DNA of 64,000 nt from Terriglobia bacterium (GTDB lineage Bacteria > Acidobacteriota > Terriglobia > Terriglobales > Acidobacteriaceae). The notes below the pieces were generated by a model. It was not told the DNA's origin, made no database searches, and saw only the letters and a program-made list of their open reading frames with translations. The position numbers and the translations under genes were made by a program. The DNA lies in contig CAWFDY010000001.1 of NCBI GenBank assembly GCA_963814725.1, positions 26,780-90,779 of the forward strand, written 5' to 3'. This document shows positions 45,188 through 54,820 of the stretch, piece by piece. Every line of letters starts with the position of its first letter. Positions within the stretch are counted from its first letter, which is position 1.

Positions 45188-45982
45188 ATGAGTTCCGCCG
45201 TTTATGACACGCTCATCCTCTCTGACCTGCATTTGGGATCGGAGATCAGCCGCGCGGAGCAAGCGACGCGGATGCTGCGGGAAAACCGTTTCCGGCGCCT
45301 GATCCTGCTGGGCGATATCTTTTCCGACCTGAATTTTGGACGCCTGACCAAACCTCACTGGAAATTCCTCAGCTACATTCGCAAACTTTCAAACCCCAGG
45401 CGCGGGATCGAAGTGGTCTGGGTTGAGGGGAATCATGATCGCGGGTTGAGCAACATCATGTCCCACCTGGTGGGCGTGAAAGTTTACCAGGAGTACGAGT
45501 GGGAGTTCGAAGGGCGCCTCCACCTCGCCATCCACGGACATCAATTTGACCGCTTCGCGGTTAACAATCTGCTGCTCAGCACAGTGGGCACGCTGCTTCA
45601 TCTGCAATTGCAAAAGCTGGATTTCAAAGGCAAGGCGTTCTCGCGTTTTCTTGACCGTTTGAATGCCCGCTGGTTGCGCCTTTCCGCGAAGGTGGCTTCC
45701 GGAGCCATTGCGCACGCACGAGTACGACAGGCCGACCGCGTTTTCTGCGGTCATACCCACCAGGCACAAAGCTGCGAACGCGAGGGCGTGGCGTATTACA
45801 ACTCCGGCAGCTGGACAGATTTCCCGCCGACCTACCTGACCGTTGACTCCGGCGGAGTGTGCATCCACGAATTCCGCGAGCCTGCGGAAAGCCGCGAACC
45901 GGACGGCGTGGAGTCAAGCCTCACGGAGCCCGCTGACGACTCGGAGTTCCTCGACGAGGCGGAGTACGAGAACGTGGGCTGA
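45188..45982 (+). CDS. Metallophosphoesterase (LpxH-like family)
   Basis: SDLHLG, LGDIF, GNHD and GHTH motifs in order. Confidence 0.8.
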   Translation: MSSAVYDTLILSDLHLGSEISRAEQATRMLRENRFRRLILLGDIFSDLNFGRLTKPHWKFLSYIRKLSNPRRGIEVVWVEGNHDRGLSNIMSHLVGVKVYQEYEWEFEGRLHLAIHGHQFDRFAVNNLLLSTVGTLLHLQLQKLDFKGKAFSRFLDRLNARWLRLSAKVASGAIAHARVRQADRVFCGHTHQAQSCEREGVAYYNSGSWTDFPPTYLTVDSGGVCIHEFREPAESREPDGVESSLTEPADDSEFLDEAEYENVG

Positions 45983-46071
45983 AGCGCTCTCTCGCCGCGC
46001 AGGCTGCGGCGGGCCGCCGCCTCGGCTATCCAGCGGAACGAATCTACGCCAATTCTGGTGACCGCAAACTT

Positions 46072-46162
46072 GGTCGAGCTGCGCTCGATTGAACAGCCGG
46101 GGTGGCTGTCCCCACGTGGTTCGTGGCGCTGCCGCACGAGCGAGGGCGCTCGCGCCCACATG
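46072..46162. repeat. Family B composite element
   Basis: TCGAGC-TGC-GCTCGA hairpin, GGCTGTCCCCACGTGG module, then CCGCACGAGCGAGGGCGCTCGCGCCCACAT. Confidence 0.85.
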
Positions 46163-46168
46163 GTGAGT

Positions 46169-47086
46169 TCAATGCTCGCGCTGGAAGCGATAGGGGCCGC
46201 GGCGTTCCTGCGAAAATGATTCCGCGACCTTCAGGAATGCGCGGGCGGCGTGGGAGAGGTTCGCAGCGTGGCGGTACACCAGCCGCAGCTTTCGGTGCAG
46301 GCGCAACTCGCGCACCGGGATGCGGACCAGTTCCCCGCGAGCCAATTCACTTTCAACGCTGATGGCGGGAAGCAGCGCCACGCCGTTGCCCATGGCCACG
46401 AAGCGCTTGATCGCCTGCAGGGTGGGCAGTTCGATATCCATGTGCAGAGGCGTCTTGTGGCGCTTGAATGCCTGGATCACTTTGTCGCGATAGGGCGAGG
46501 AGACAATGTGGGCGACGAACGACTCGGCCCCCAGCTGCCGGATGCTGACCTGCGTCTCCTCGGCAAGCGGGTGCGTGGGAGGCACGACAAAAATCAATTC
46601 GTCGAGATAGGCGACAATGGATTGCAATTGGGGCTCCTGCGGATCGTAGGTGAGAACGCCCAGTTCGGAATTGTGGCGCAGTACGTCTGAGGGAATGTGG
46701 CTTCCGAGGGACCGCTGCACGGCGATGCGGATCATGGGATGAACGCGGCGAAACTCGGCCAGCACCGGCAGCAGGTAGAGCGCGGTGAATTCGTTGGCCG
46801 CTATATTGAGCTTTCCGCGCTGCAACTCTCGCAATTCGCTCAGCGCGCCGGTGGCATCGTCGCGGAGGTTGAGCAGGCGCTCGGCATATTCCTGCAGCAC
46901 GCGTCCCGCATCGGTCAAGCGGCCTTCGCGGGAAGAACGGTCGAACAGAGGCTCGCCTAAATCCTGTTCCAGCTTATGAATCGACTGGCTGACTGCCGAC
47001 TGGGTGCGATGCAGTTTTTCGGCGGCGCGGGAAAACTTCCCTTCCTGCAACACGGCGATAAATACTTCGAGCTGCGCCAGGTCCAT
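46169..47086 (-). CDS. LysR-family transcriptional regulator
   Basis: N-terminal HTH (FSRAAEKLHRTQSAVSQSI) plus a substrate-binding domain; 305 aa. Confidence 0.9.
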   Translation of the reverse strand: MDLAQLEVFIAVLQEGKFSRAAEKLHRTQSAVSQSIHKLEQDLGEPLFDRSSREGRLTDAGRVLQEYAERLLNLRDDATGALSELRELQRGKLNIAANEFTALYLLPVLAEFRRVHPMIRIAVQRSLGSHIPSDVLRHNSELGVLTYDPQEPQLQSIVAYLDELIFVVPPTHPLAEETQVSIRQLGAESFVAHIVSSPYRDKVIQAFKRHKTPLHMDIELPTLQAIKRFVAMGNGVALLPAISVESELARGELVRIPVRELRLHRKLRLVYRHAANLSHAARAFLKVAESFSQERRGPYRFQREH

Positions 47087-47115
47087 CGTTCGATCTCCTT
47101 AACCAAGGTGCACAA

Positions 47116-47154
47116 ACTATTAGATTATCTTATTGAGTAATATAATCTAATAGT
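47116..47154. promoter_or_regulatory. Perfect 13-13-13 dyad ACTATTAGATTAT-N13-ATAATCTAATAGT (candidate LysR box)
   Basis: Located in the 143-bp divergent gap between the LysR gene and the LeuA-like gene. AT-rich and contains T-N11-A-type symmetry. Confidence 0.6.
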
Positions 47155-47229
47155 ATTTGAATAATTATAAGATTTTCTTCGGCGGCACGTCCACGTAGCA
47201 TAACCTCTGATTCGCCGGAGGCCCCGAAC

Positions 47230-48453
47230 ATGGAACGAGCGCGGATTAAGGTATTCGACACCACCCTTCGCGATGGCGAGCAGTCGCCGGGTTGCAGCAT
47301 GAATGTGCAGGAAAAGCTGCGTCTGGCGCATCAGTTGGACCGGCTGGGCGTGGACGTCATCGAAGCCGGCTTCCCCATCGCGTCCGAAGGTGACTTTGCG
47401 TCGGTGCAGGCCATCGCCGCCACCATCCGCCGCCCCATCATCGCGGCCCTTGCCCGTGCCTGCGCTCCGGACATCGAGCGGGCATGGCAGGCGCTCAAGG
47501 GCGCCGCCCGGCCGCGCATCCATGTGTTTCTCGCTACTTCCGACATTCATTTGCAGTACAAACTCAAGATTTCCCGGCAGCAGTGCCTGGAACAGGCGCG
47601 GGATTCGGCGCGTCTGGCCAAATCGCTGTGTGCGGACGTGGAGTTTTCTCCCGAGGACGCCACTCGTACCGATCACGAATTTCTGTATCAGGTGCTCGAT
47701 GCCGTGGTGGAGGCCGGAGCCACGACCCTCAACATTCCGGACACCGTCGGCTACAGCATGCCGGCAGAGTTTGGCGAACTCATCCAGAGCATTCGACAGC
47801 GCCTTCGCGGGAATGAGAATGTGACGATTTCCGCGCACTGCCACAACGATCTGGGATTGGCGGTGGCGAATTCGCTGGCAGCGATCTCGGCTGGAGCACG
47901 CCAGGTGGAGTGCACGATCAATGGCATCGGAGAGCGGGCGGGCAATGCGTCCCTGGAAGAAATCGTGATGGCGATGCGAGTGCGGCCCGACCGGTATCCG
48001 TATGAAACCGGCGTGGCCGGCGAGCATCTTTTCCCTGCGAGCCAGATGCTGACAGAAGTCACCGGCGTTCCCGTCCAGCCCAATAAAGCTGTGATCGGAC
48101 GCAATGCCTTCGCACATGAAGCCGGCATCCATCAGGATGGGATGCTGAAAAATCCGCTGACTTACGAAATCATGACGCCGCAGTCGGTGGGCGTTCCGGA
48201 CTCCAGGCTGGTATTAGGGAAGCATTCGGGGCGGCACGCGCTGGGAATACGCTGCGCGCAGCTCGGATTTGAGTTCGACCGGCGCGAACTGGATGAGATC
48301 TATCGCGCGTTCGTTGTGCTGGCGGACAAGATCAAGCATGTGGAAGAACATCATCTGCTGGAGTTGATTCAGCAGACTCGGCGAGAAACGCCCTTCCGGA
48401 CTGGGGAGGCAAACGCCAGAGGTACGGTGGCGCTGAACCACGTGTCATCCTGA
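47230..48453 (+). CDS. 2-isopropylmalate synthase / homocitrate-citramalate synthase family enzyme, short form
   Basis: [25 protein letters not shown] and GERAGNA catalytic motifs. 407 aa, ending just after the subdomain that precedes the LeuA regulatory domain. Confidence 0.85.
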   Translation: MERARIKVFDTTLRDGEQSPGCSMNVQEKLRLAHQLDRLGVDVIEAGFPIASEGDFASVQAIAATIRRPIIAALARACAPDIERAWQALKGAARPRIHVFLATSDIHLQYKLKISRQQCLEQARDSARLAKSLCADVEFSPEDATRTDHEFLYQVLDAVVEAGATTLNIPDTVGYSMPAEFGELIQSIRQRLRGNENVTISAHCHNDLGLAVANSLAAISAGARQVECTINGIGERAGNASLEEIVMAMRVRPDRYPYETGVAGEHLFPASQMLTEVTGVPVQPNKAVIGRNAFAHEAGIHQDGMLKNPLTYEIMTPQSVGVPDSRLVLGKHSGRHALGIRCAQLGFEFDRRELDEIYRAFVVLADKIKHVEEHHLLELIQQTRRETPFRTGEANARGTVALNHVSS

Positions 48454-48552
48454 AGCGTAAGGGACTGCCCTCGCAAATGTAGCGCCGGCGTCTCGCCGGC
48501 TGTCCGGCGGGCATTCTGCCCGCCCACCGGGCCGGCGGGACGCCGGCCCTAC
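48443..48552. repeat. Family C-like end fragment plus family D triple-hairpin repeat
   Basis: TGTCATCCTGAAGCG (48443-), then TGTAGCGCCGGCG..GGCGGGCATTCTGCCCGCC..CGCCGGCCCTACA (48478-48552). Related copy at 53503-53582. Confidence 0.8.
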
Positions 48553-48578
48553 ACGGTTTTGCCATACAATAAAACCCC

Positions 48579-49685
48579 ATGCTCCTCAACATCACCGCCC
48601 TGCCCGGCGACGGTGTCGGACCGGAAGTGACCGACGAAGCCGTCCGCGTTCTGGAAACTATTGCCGAAGTTTTTGGCCATAATTTAAACGTCACGCGCAA
48701 GCCCGTCGGAGGCGCAGGACTTCTTTCCAGCAAAGACCCCTTGCCCGCGGATACGCTGCGCGCCTGCCTCGCTTCGGGAGCCGTGCTGCTGGGAGCGGTG
48801 GGCGGTCCATCGTTCGATGGCTTTCCCAGCCACTTGCGGCCGGAGAGCGGGCTCCTGCGCTTGCGCCGCGAGTTGGGTGTGTTTGCCAATTTGCGGCCGG
48901 CGTTGTCCTTCGCCGCGTTGGAAGATTCTTCCCCGCTGCGAGCGGAACTGGTGCGCGGCACAAACGTGATGATCGTGCGCGAACTACTGGGAGGAATCTA
49001 TTTCGGCGAGCCGAGAAGCACCACGGGTGCGCCCGGCAATCGAGTGGCGCTCGATACCATGCGCTATGGCGAGCCCGAGATTGAGCGCATCGCGAAAGTA
49101 GCGTTTGAACTGGCGCGGGGACGCCGCCGCAAGGTGACTTCCGTGGACAAGGCCAACGTCCTCGATTGTTCCCGCCTGTGGCGCGAAGTGGTGAGCCAGG
49201 TGGGACTGCAATACTCCGACGTCCAGCTCAGCCACATGTATGTGGATTCGGCGGCGATGGCGCTGGTGGCGCGACCCGCGAATTTCGATGTCGTGCTCAC
49301 GGAAAATATGTTTGGCGATATTCTCTCCGACCAGGCAGGCGCGGTGGTGGGATCGCTGGGGATGCTGGGTTCCGCCAGTATTGGCGGCAGGGTTGGATTG
49401 TACGAGCCGGTGCACGGCTCTGCGCCCGACATCGCGGGGCAAGGAATCGCGAATCCTCTGGGCGCGATCCTTTCGGCTGCGATGCTGTTGCGCTATTCCT
49501 TCAAGCTCGAAGCTGAAGCGGCCGGCGTTGAGAGAGGGGTGGCGGCAGTGCTCAATGCGGGATTCCGGACTAAAGATTTAACCAAAGGGGCGGAGAGTGC
49601 TCTGAGCACGGCGGCGATGGGGAAAAAAGTTGCTGAGGCGATTCGCGAGAATGCAACGTCTGAGGGGAAGAAAGCTGCCAGCTGA
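48579..49685 (+). CDS. leuB: 3-isopropylmalate dehydrogenase
   Basis: [11 protein letters not shown]-terminus and NMFGDILSD motif; 368 aa. Confidence 0.9.
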   Translation: MLLNITALPGDGVGPEVTDEAVRVLETIAEVFGHNLNVTRKPVGGAGLLSSKDPLPADTLRACLASGAVLLGAVGGPSFDGFPSHLRPESGLLRLRRELGVFANLRPALSFAALEDSSPLRAELVRGTNVMIVRELLGGIYFGEPRSTTGAPGNRVALDTMRYGEPEIERIAKVAFELARGRRRKVTSVDKANVLDCSRLWREVVSQVGLQYSDVQLSHMYVDSAAMALVARPANFDVVLTENMFGDILSDQAGAVVGSLGMLGSASIGGRVGLYEPVHGSAPDIAGQGIANPLGAILSAAMLLRYSFKLEAEAAGVERGVAAVLNAGFRTKDLTKGAESALSTAAMGKKVAEAIRENATSEGKKAAS

Positions 49686-49767
49686 TTTTTTCCGGCGTGT
49701 CGCCTGCGATTTCACAACATCTTTTTCGGCGAGCCTGGCTCGCCTGCCCGGACGGGGCCCTGGCTGG

Positions 49768-50745
49768 TCAGGCTACCTGCTTTTGTTTTTCCAGCATGGT
49801 AAAAAATTCTCGTACCAGCGGCTCGTCCCAATATCCCAGGCGGGCTTCTGCGCACATGGTCATGGCGGCCTGCTCATGGCTTAGCGCCAACTTGTAGGGA
49901 CGGGCGGTGCGCAGAGCGTCATACACATCGACCACCTGCAGCACTCTGGCCAGCAGCGGGATTTCAGCCCGATGCAAGCCATCAGGGTAGCCGCTGCCAT
50001 CGGAATGTTCGTGATGACTCCTGATGATGGGCAACACCGCGCGTAATGATTTCAGGGGGCGGCAGATGGTCTCTCCGGTAACGGGATGAAGCTTCATCAC
50101 GACCCACTCTTCAGCCGTGAGGTTCGTTCCCTTTTTCAGGATTTCATCGGGCACTGCGATCTTGCCCAGGTCGTGCAGATATCCGCCGCGGCGAAGAGCG
50201 ACGATGGATTCTTCATCCAGTCCGAGATAGCCTCCCAGGTCGCTGGCGTTGTGCGCCAGGCGGTCGCAGTGGCCCTCGGTGTAAGGGTCGCGGCTTTCTA
50301 CACTGAGACCCAACGTGCATAGCACGGATTCCGCCGTCTCCAGTTCATCGGTAAACTCCTTGAGCTTGAGCAGAGACTTGACCCGGGCAAAGAGTTCTTC
50401 GGGAAAGATTGGCTTGTGCAGAAAATCGTCGGCTCCCGATTCTATTCCCAGCACACGGTCCTGACGATCGGTGAGGCCCGTAACCAATACGAAGGGGATC
50501 AAGCGGGTGGCGGGATTGTTTTTGAGTTCGCGGCACAATTCATATCCCGACTTCCCCGGCATCACGACGTCGGAAAGTATCAGGTCGGGAGGGTGGCTGA
50601 GGACTTCAGCTTCCGCATGAATTGCATCCGGGACTGCCACCACATCGTAGCCTCGAGTGGCCAGCAGTTCCTGCATCAGGCCCATGACGTCTCGGTTGTC
50701 GTCCACGACCAGGATGCGAGGCCGCCGGGCCGAAATTTCGCGCAT
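49768..50745 (-). CDS. Response regulator with HD-GYP phosphodiesterase domain (RpfG-like)
   Basis: ILVVDDN..LILSDVVMPG receiver, HDLGK and HHEHSDGSGYP. Start at ATG 50745 (alternative 50805). Confidence 0.85.
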   Translation of the reverse strand: MREISARRPRILVVDDNRDVMGLMQELLATRGYDVVAVPDAIHAEAEVLSHPPDLILSDVVMPGKSGYELCRELKNNPATRLIPFVLVTGLTDRQDRVLGIESGADDFLHKPIFPEELFARVKSLLKLKEFTDELETAESVLCTLGLSVESRDPYTEGHCDRLAHNASDLGGYLGLDEESIVALRRGGYLHDLGKIAVPDEILKKGTNLTAEEWVVMKLHPVTGETICRPLKSLRAVLPIIRSHHEHSDGSGYPDGLHRAEIPLLARVLQVVDVYDALRTARPYKLALSHEQAAMTMCAEARLGYWDEPLVREFFTMLEKQKQVA

Positions 50746-50864
50746 ACTCTTATAAGATACCGGGCGCGAAGAGATGGTTGTCGGTAACTTCAGCGGGAGG
50801 CTCATGGTGCTGCGGAGCGTGCCAGGTGGGTATTGTAAACGATTTCGCTGGAGACCGGATTTTA

Positions 50865-51020
50865 TGTGGCGGAGACTTTGGTCCGCCGCTTTTGACCTGG
50901 ATTTCATGCCGGACCGGCCGGGACGCGCGATCTGCTACGGCAGATTTTGAATCAAGGTCAAGATCAAGATCAAATTCAAAATCAAAATCAAAGGCGGCGG
51001 ACAGGAGTCCGCCCCACACA
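50865..51020. repeat. Family A bipartite inverted repeat with expanded NNTCAA hexamer tract
   Basis: Arms at 50865-50898 and 50988-51020. Seven tandem NNTCAA hexamers at 50950-50991. Confidence 0.85.
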
Positions 51021-51107
51021 CTCTTCGAGTTCCGTTATGGAACAAATTTTGCTGGATGTGTCATCTGCCCTTGTTCTTTGTGCGCGCGAGTGCATAGCAT
51101 TTGCAGG

Positions 51108-51788
51108 ATGAAAGTCGCTCTGGAAATTTGGTTGTGCCTGGCGTTGCTATCGGCGTCTGCATTTGGCGCTGCCAAGCCGCACGTCATCGGTTTTGGCAAG
51201 GCAAACACAATCAAGTGGTGTTCGGGGGGCAACGAAGCAGACTGCGCGGAGGTAAAGATGCGGCCCCTCTATGTTGACGGCCGCTCCCGCGAAGCCACGC
51301 TGGGCCCGTCGCATGAGATCACCGAGCGGCTGTTCGTGGTCCGCCGCGTGTTTCGCGTGAACGACAACCTGCCGGGCGAGGCCGCCGCTGCACCCCGCTG
51401 GGTGTGGCAGCGCGGCGGATGGCTGCTGGTGGACCGGATGACGGGACATATCTCGTCCGTCACTTTGCCCGAGTTCGATCCCTACTACTCCGTGGCCAGT
51501 TGGTATCGCGACTACGCCGCTTACTGCGGCGTTTCGGATGACGGCAAAAAACTCTTTGCCGTGGTATTCCAGGTCGGGCGGCGCAAACCTGTTTTGAAAA
51601 AACCTCTGGGCGAGGCGGGTGGAGATGATGCGCCGGATTCCGAGTGTCCGAGCCCGGTTTGGGATCGGCAACCGGTTCGGGTTACGTTCCAGCCCGGCGA
51701 AAACCCGAAGTCCACGTACGCAGTGCGCGGGCACGCCGCCGATTTAGTGAACGCGGACGATGCGGAAGATGAGAAGGCATCGCAATAG
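51108..51788 (+). CDS. Secreted hypothetical protein (226 aa)
   Basis: MKVALEIWLCLALLSASAFG signal peptide. No motif recognised. Confidence 0.6.
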   Translation: MKVALEIWLCLALLSASAFGAAKPHVIGFGKANTIKWCSGGNEADCAEVKMRPLYVDGRSREATLGPSHEITERLFVVRRVFRVNDNLPGEAAAAPRWVWQRGGWLLVDRMTGHISSVTLPEFDPYYSVASWYRDYAAYCGVSDDGKKLFAVVFQVGRRKPVLKKPLGEAGGDDAPDSECPSPVWDRQPVRVTFQPGENPKSTYAVRGHAADLVNADDAEDEKASQ

Positions 51789-51814
51789 TGTTTTTCTGCA
51801 AAGAGTGCGCCTCC

Positions 51815-52690
51815 TCATTGTGATGGGCCCTGCTGTGAAGGCGTGCTTCGATCGGGTACGAACTGGCCCGTTTCCAGCTTTGCGGTTCTTTGCCGCAGAT
51901 AGCTGTTGGCGATCAGGAGCAGCGCCACGGTTCCTACCAGGGCGTAGTTGCGCTGGCGCGCTCTGATTTCCGGTGACTGCGTGAAGCTTCCCGCCAGGAC
52001 GGCGCCGAGGCCAAGGCCGACAGCCAGGCCGCCAAGATGAGCAGAATTGTCGATTCCGGGAACCAGTCCAAAAAACAGGTTATAAGCGGCGAAGCTGATC
52101 AAACTCTTGAGAGTCGGCTTCAACGCATCCTTGGCAAATGGAAGTTTTCCCAGGTAGAGCACGGCAATCAGCGCGCCGGCGAGGCCAAAGATCGCGCCCG
52201 AGGCGCCGGCTCCGATGCCCTGCGGATGCCACCAGAGGCTGGCCAGACTGCCCGCGATTCCGCTGGCGGTATAGACCAGCAGGTAGGTCCAGCGATCGAG
52301 GATGCGTTCCGCCAGCCTGCCCAGATTCCAAAGACACCACATGTTGAAGAAAATATGGATGGCCCCGATGTGAACGTAATTCGAGGCGAGGATCCTCCAG
52401 GGCTGCGGGCCGAGGGACAAAGGAGCAAAGTTCGCGCCCCACGTCACCAACTGCTGGACGGTGGGCGTCATGGGGGAAACGCCCGAGAGCACCATCGCGA
52501 TGAAGACGAGGACATTGATGCCGACGATGATCTGCGTCAGCAGGAACGGTTGAGCACTTCGCGCGGGCCGGGCTACGGGTTCGTTCGGTGCAACCGTGAG
52601 GGCGGCGTTGGCGCGGCAATCGGCGCAGAGGGGATTCGTCTCTCCTTGGGAGGAGGACAATTCGCGGCCGCAGCGTACGCACGATGTCAT
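51815..52690 (-). CDS. Rhomboid-family intramembrane serine protease with N-terminal zinc ribbon
   Basis: CVRC..CADC ribbon, HIFFNM, GASGAIFG catalytic serine, and H in the AHLGG helix. Confidence 0.85.
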   Translation of the reverse strand: MTSCVRCGRELSSSQGETNPLCADCRANAALTVAPNEPVARPARSAQPFLLTQIIVGINVLVFIAMVLSGVSPMTPTVQQLVTWGANFAPLSLGPQPWRILASNYVHIGAIHIFFNMWCLWNLGRLAERILDRWTYLLVYTASGIAGSLASLWWHPQGIGAGASGAIFGLAGALIAVLYLGKLPFAKDALKPTLKSLISFAAYNLFFGLVPGIDNSAHLGGLAVGLGLGAVLAGSFTQSPEIRARQRNYALVGTVALLLIANSYLRQRTAKLETGQFVPDRSTPSQQGPSQ

Positions 52691-52911
52691 GCAGTGATGT
52701 TACGGCAGTTTGGGGAGGGTGAACAGGTTCACTGGATTCTAAGTGATGAGACACCCATGAGCGCTGGTTGCGATCAAGGGGCACCGTATTTCAAAGTCCG
52801 ATGTGCCATGTCGCGCGGGTTTTAAACCGGTCGTGACCTGAGAGTACCCGCGTTGCGTGCTTTTTGCACGATTACAAGGGGAAGCTAAAGTTTTCACCAG
52901 AAACTGGGCAG

Positions 52912-53253
52912 TTAACCGCACCAGCTATGGTGCACGTCACATACGAACGCAGCAAAGTAGACGACCAACACCGGAAGGGAAAATTGGATGATCGGGAGCA
53001 GAAATAAATAGGCGGTCGGCGGTTTCCACCAGGGGCGCTGTTTTATCGCGATTCGCCGCGCGATGAGATAACCGATACCCGCAAAAAAGCCTAACGGGTA
53101 ACTCCAGATCCAGTAGACCACCAGCCACCTAAAAGTCTCGGCTCTACCGTGAAGGGGCGCATCGAAAAGGAAGGCGCTGAAGAAAAAGACCAAGGGCCAG
53201 GCGACGACCAGAAGGGAAGATAAAATTATCGAGGTGATAGCGAATATTTTCAC
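52912..53253 (-). CDS. Small integral membrane protein (113 aa)
   Basis: Four predicted hydrophobic helices. No motif recognised. Confidence 0.5.
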   Translation of the reverse strand: MKIFAITSIILSSLLVVAWPLVFFFSAFLFDAPLHGRAETFRWLVVYWIWSYPLGFFAGIGYLIARRIAIKQRPWWKPPTAYLFLLPIIQFSLPVLVVYFAAFVCDVHHSWCG

Positions 53254-53502
53254 GTTGACGTCTCAAGTGAAGCGATCCGGCAGATCATCATGGGTTATAA
53301 ACTTAACTTGATCTGTCTCAGCCGCTGCAGGTACTCATTGGCATCTTTGACATCGTCGGGATCAATTGGAGTCGCGAGTAATTCCACAGTTTCTTCTTCA
53401 AACTATTGTTCAAGTCCTGGTCTCATCTTTTAACACACCATTCTACATTTGACGCGATTTGGCGATAGGGTCCGTCGACTGCTCTCAGGATGATAGCTTT
53501 TG

Positions 53503-53597
53503 CGTAGTGCCGGCATCTTGCCGGTTGTCCGGAGGGCATCCTGCCCTCCGCAGATCAGGGGCGGCGGGACGCCGGCGCTACTGATGCCGGCGCTACT
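53503..53597. repeat. Family D triple-hairpin repeat with duplicated GCCGGCGCTACT end
   Basis: CGTAGTGCCGGCA..CGGAGGGCATCCTGCCCTCCG..GACGCCGGCGCTAC. GCCGGCGCTACT occurs twice (53570, 53586). The EamA stop lies inside. Confidence 0.8.
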
Positions 53598-54558
53598 ATT
53601 GTGAGCCGGTGTGGCTGCCTGCCATTGTGTCGACGGCGGGCATTTCCACTGCGACTGCTGTCACCGGGGCGCTGGTGACCAGGGCGACGGACGCTACCAC
53701 GATGGCGCTGCCTGCCAGGATGTATCCGCTCACCCGCTCGTGCAATACGAGCCAGCCGAGAAACACCGCGACCACGGGATTGACATAAGCATAGGTCGAC
53801 ACCTTCGAAGTGGGTACATGGTTGAGCAGCCATATGTACGCCGTATATCCCACCCACGATCCGAAAACCACGAGGTAAAGCACGGCGCCGACGCCGCGAG
53901 ACGTCCAGACCACCCGCGAAGGATCGCCCAGCGCGAGTGCGACCGCGAGATTTGCGGCGCCCGCCGCGATCATCTGCCAGGCAGTGGCGGAGAACGGATC
54001 CACTGCGGGAGACTTCCATTTTTTGGCCAGCACCGAACCCAGCGCCCAGCTGAATGATCCGCCGAGCAAACTGATTGAAGCCCAGAACTGAACCCGTCCT
54101 AGGGTGCTGGTAGCCAGGAGTTCGGGCCACAACAGAACGAGCAGCCCGGCGATGCCCAGGCCCAGTCCAACTTTTCCCGGGAGGGCGATGTGATGGTCGC
54201 CCAGCAGCCAGGAGTCAAGCACCAGGAACCAGAGGGGTGTGACCGCAACAATCAAAGCGGCTAGGCCGGTGGCGACATGCATCTCGGCGTATGAAAGCGT
54301 GAGGTTGCCGCCCAACAGTAGCAGCACACCGACGACGGCCATCTTTCCAAGTTGCGCCGGGCGGTAAAGGATCGTTCGTCCGCTAAGCCCGCAGAAGGCG
54401 AGCATGAATCCGCCCGCGATCAGGAAGCGTATGCCGCACATCAGCGCGGGAGGAATGTGCTCGACCGCGATATCAATGCCGAGATAGGTCGATCCCCAGA
54501 AAAAATACACCAGTGCAAAGGCAACGACGACGGAGAAGCGGGTTTGGGGCTGAGACAT
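53596..54558 (-). CDS. EamA-family (DMT superfamily) transporter
   Basis: Ten TM helices in two EamA-like halves; 320 aa. Confidence 0.85.
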   Translation of the reverse strand: MSQPQTRFSVVVAFALVYFFWGSTYLGIDIAVEHIPPALMCGIRFLIAGGFMLAFCGLSGRTILYRPAQLGKMAVVGVLLLLGGNLTLSYAEMHVATGLAALIVAVTPLWFLVLDSWLLGDHHIALPGKVGLGLGIAGLLVLLWPELLATSTLGRVQFWASISLLGGSFSWALGSVLAKKWKSPAVDPFSATAWQMIAAGAANLAVALALGDPSRVVWTSRGVGAVLYLVVFGSWVGYTAYIWLLNHVPTSKVSTYAYVNPVVAVFLGWLVLHERVSGYILAGSAIVVASVALVTSAPVTAVAVEMPAVDTMAGSHTGSQ

Positions 54559-54630
54559 TTTGCTGAGATTGGGCTTAGAACATATCAGACGGTTCCGGGT
54601 GGCGATTGGATTCTGAATCCTTGCAACCTG

Positions 54631-54820
54631 TTAGTAACGCTGTCATCCTGACCGGAGCGAAGCGCAGTGGAGGGGCCTGCTTCAGACAGCGTTACTGCAC
54701 CGTAGTTCTGAACGCCTTGAGCTCTTAGCCGTGATGTCGTGATGAGTTTGCGGTTGCGAGTAACGGCACAAGCAGGTCCCTCCACTGCGCTCTCTGCGCT
54801 TCGCTCCCGTCGGGATGACA
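54631..54820. mobile_element. MITE-like element of family C with terminal inverted repeats
   Basis: TGTCATCCTGACCGGAGCGAAGCGCAGTGGAGGG (54641-) faces CCCTCCACTGCGC..GCTTCGCTCCCGTCGGGATGACA (-54820). Nested 12-bp stem AGTAACGCTGTC/GACAGCGTTACT. No coding capacity. Confidence 0.65.

Noticed and set aside
50750-51019. ORF encoding ..AAFDFDFEFDLDLDLDSKS.. (acidic dipeptide repeat protein)
   Set aside because: It is the reverse translation of the family A element and its NNTCAA hexamer tract. The same pseudo-peptide (GRTLLSAAF..) arises at every family A locus.
4572-51020. Recurrent palindromic ~30-nt repeats that might suggest a CRISPR array
   Set aside because: The copies are scattered over tens of kb, occur in both orientations and sit in separate intergenic gaps. 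They have no regular repeat-spacer periodicity and there are no cas genes. They are dispersed REP/MITE-like repeats, not CRISPR.
53295-53426. Small minus-strand ORF MRPGLEQ*FEEETVELLATPIDPDDVKDANEYLQRLRQIKLSL in a lower-GC stretch (possible decayed small gene)
   Set aside because: It is interrupted by an in-frame TAG after 7 codons, is very short and matches no family I recognise. This is not enough evidence for a pseudogene call.
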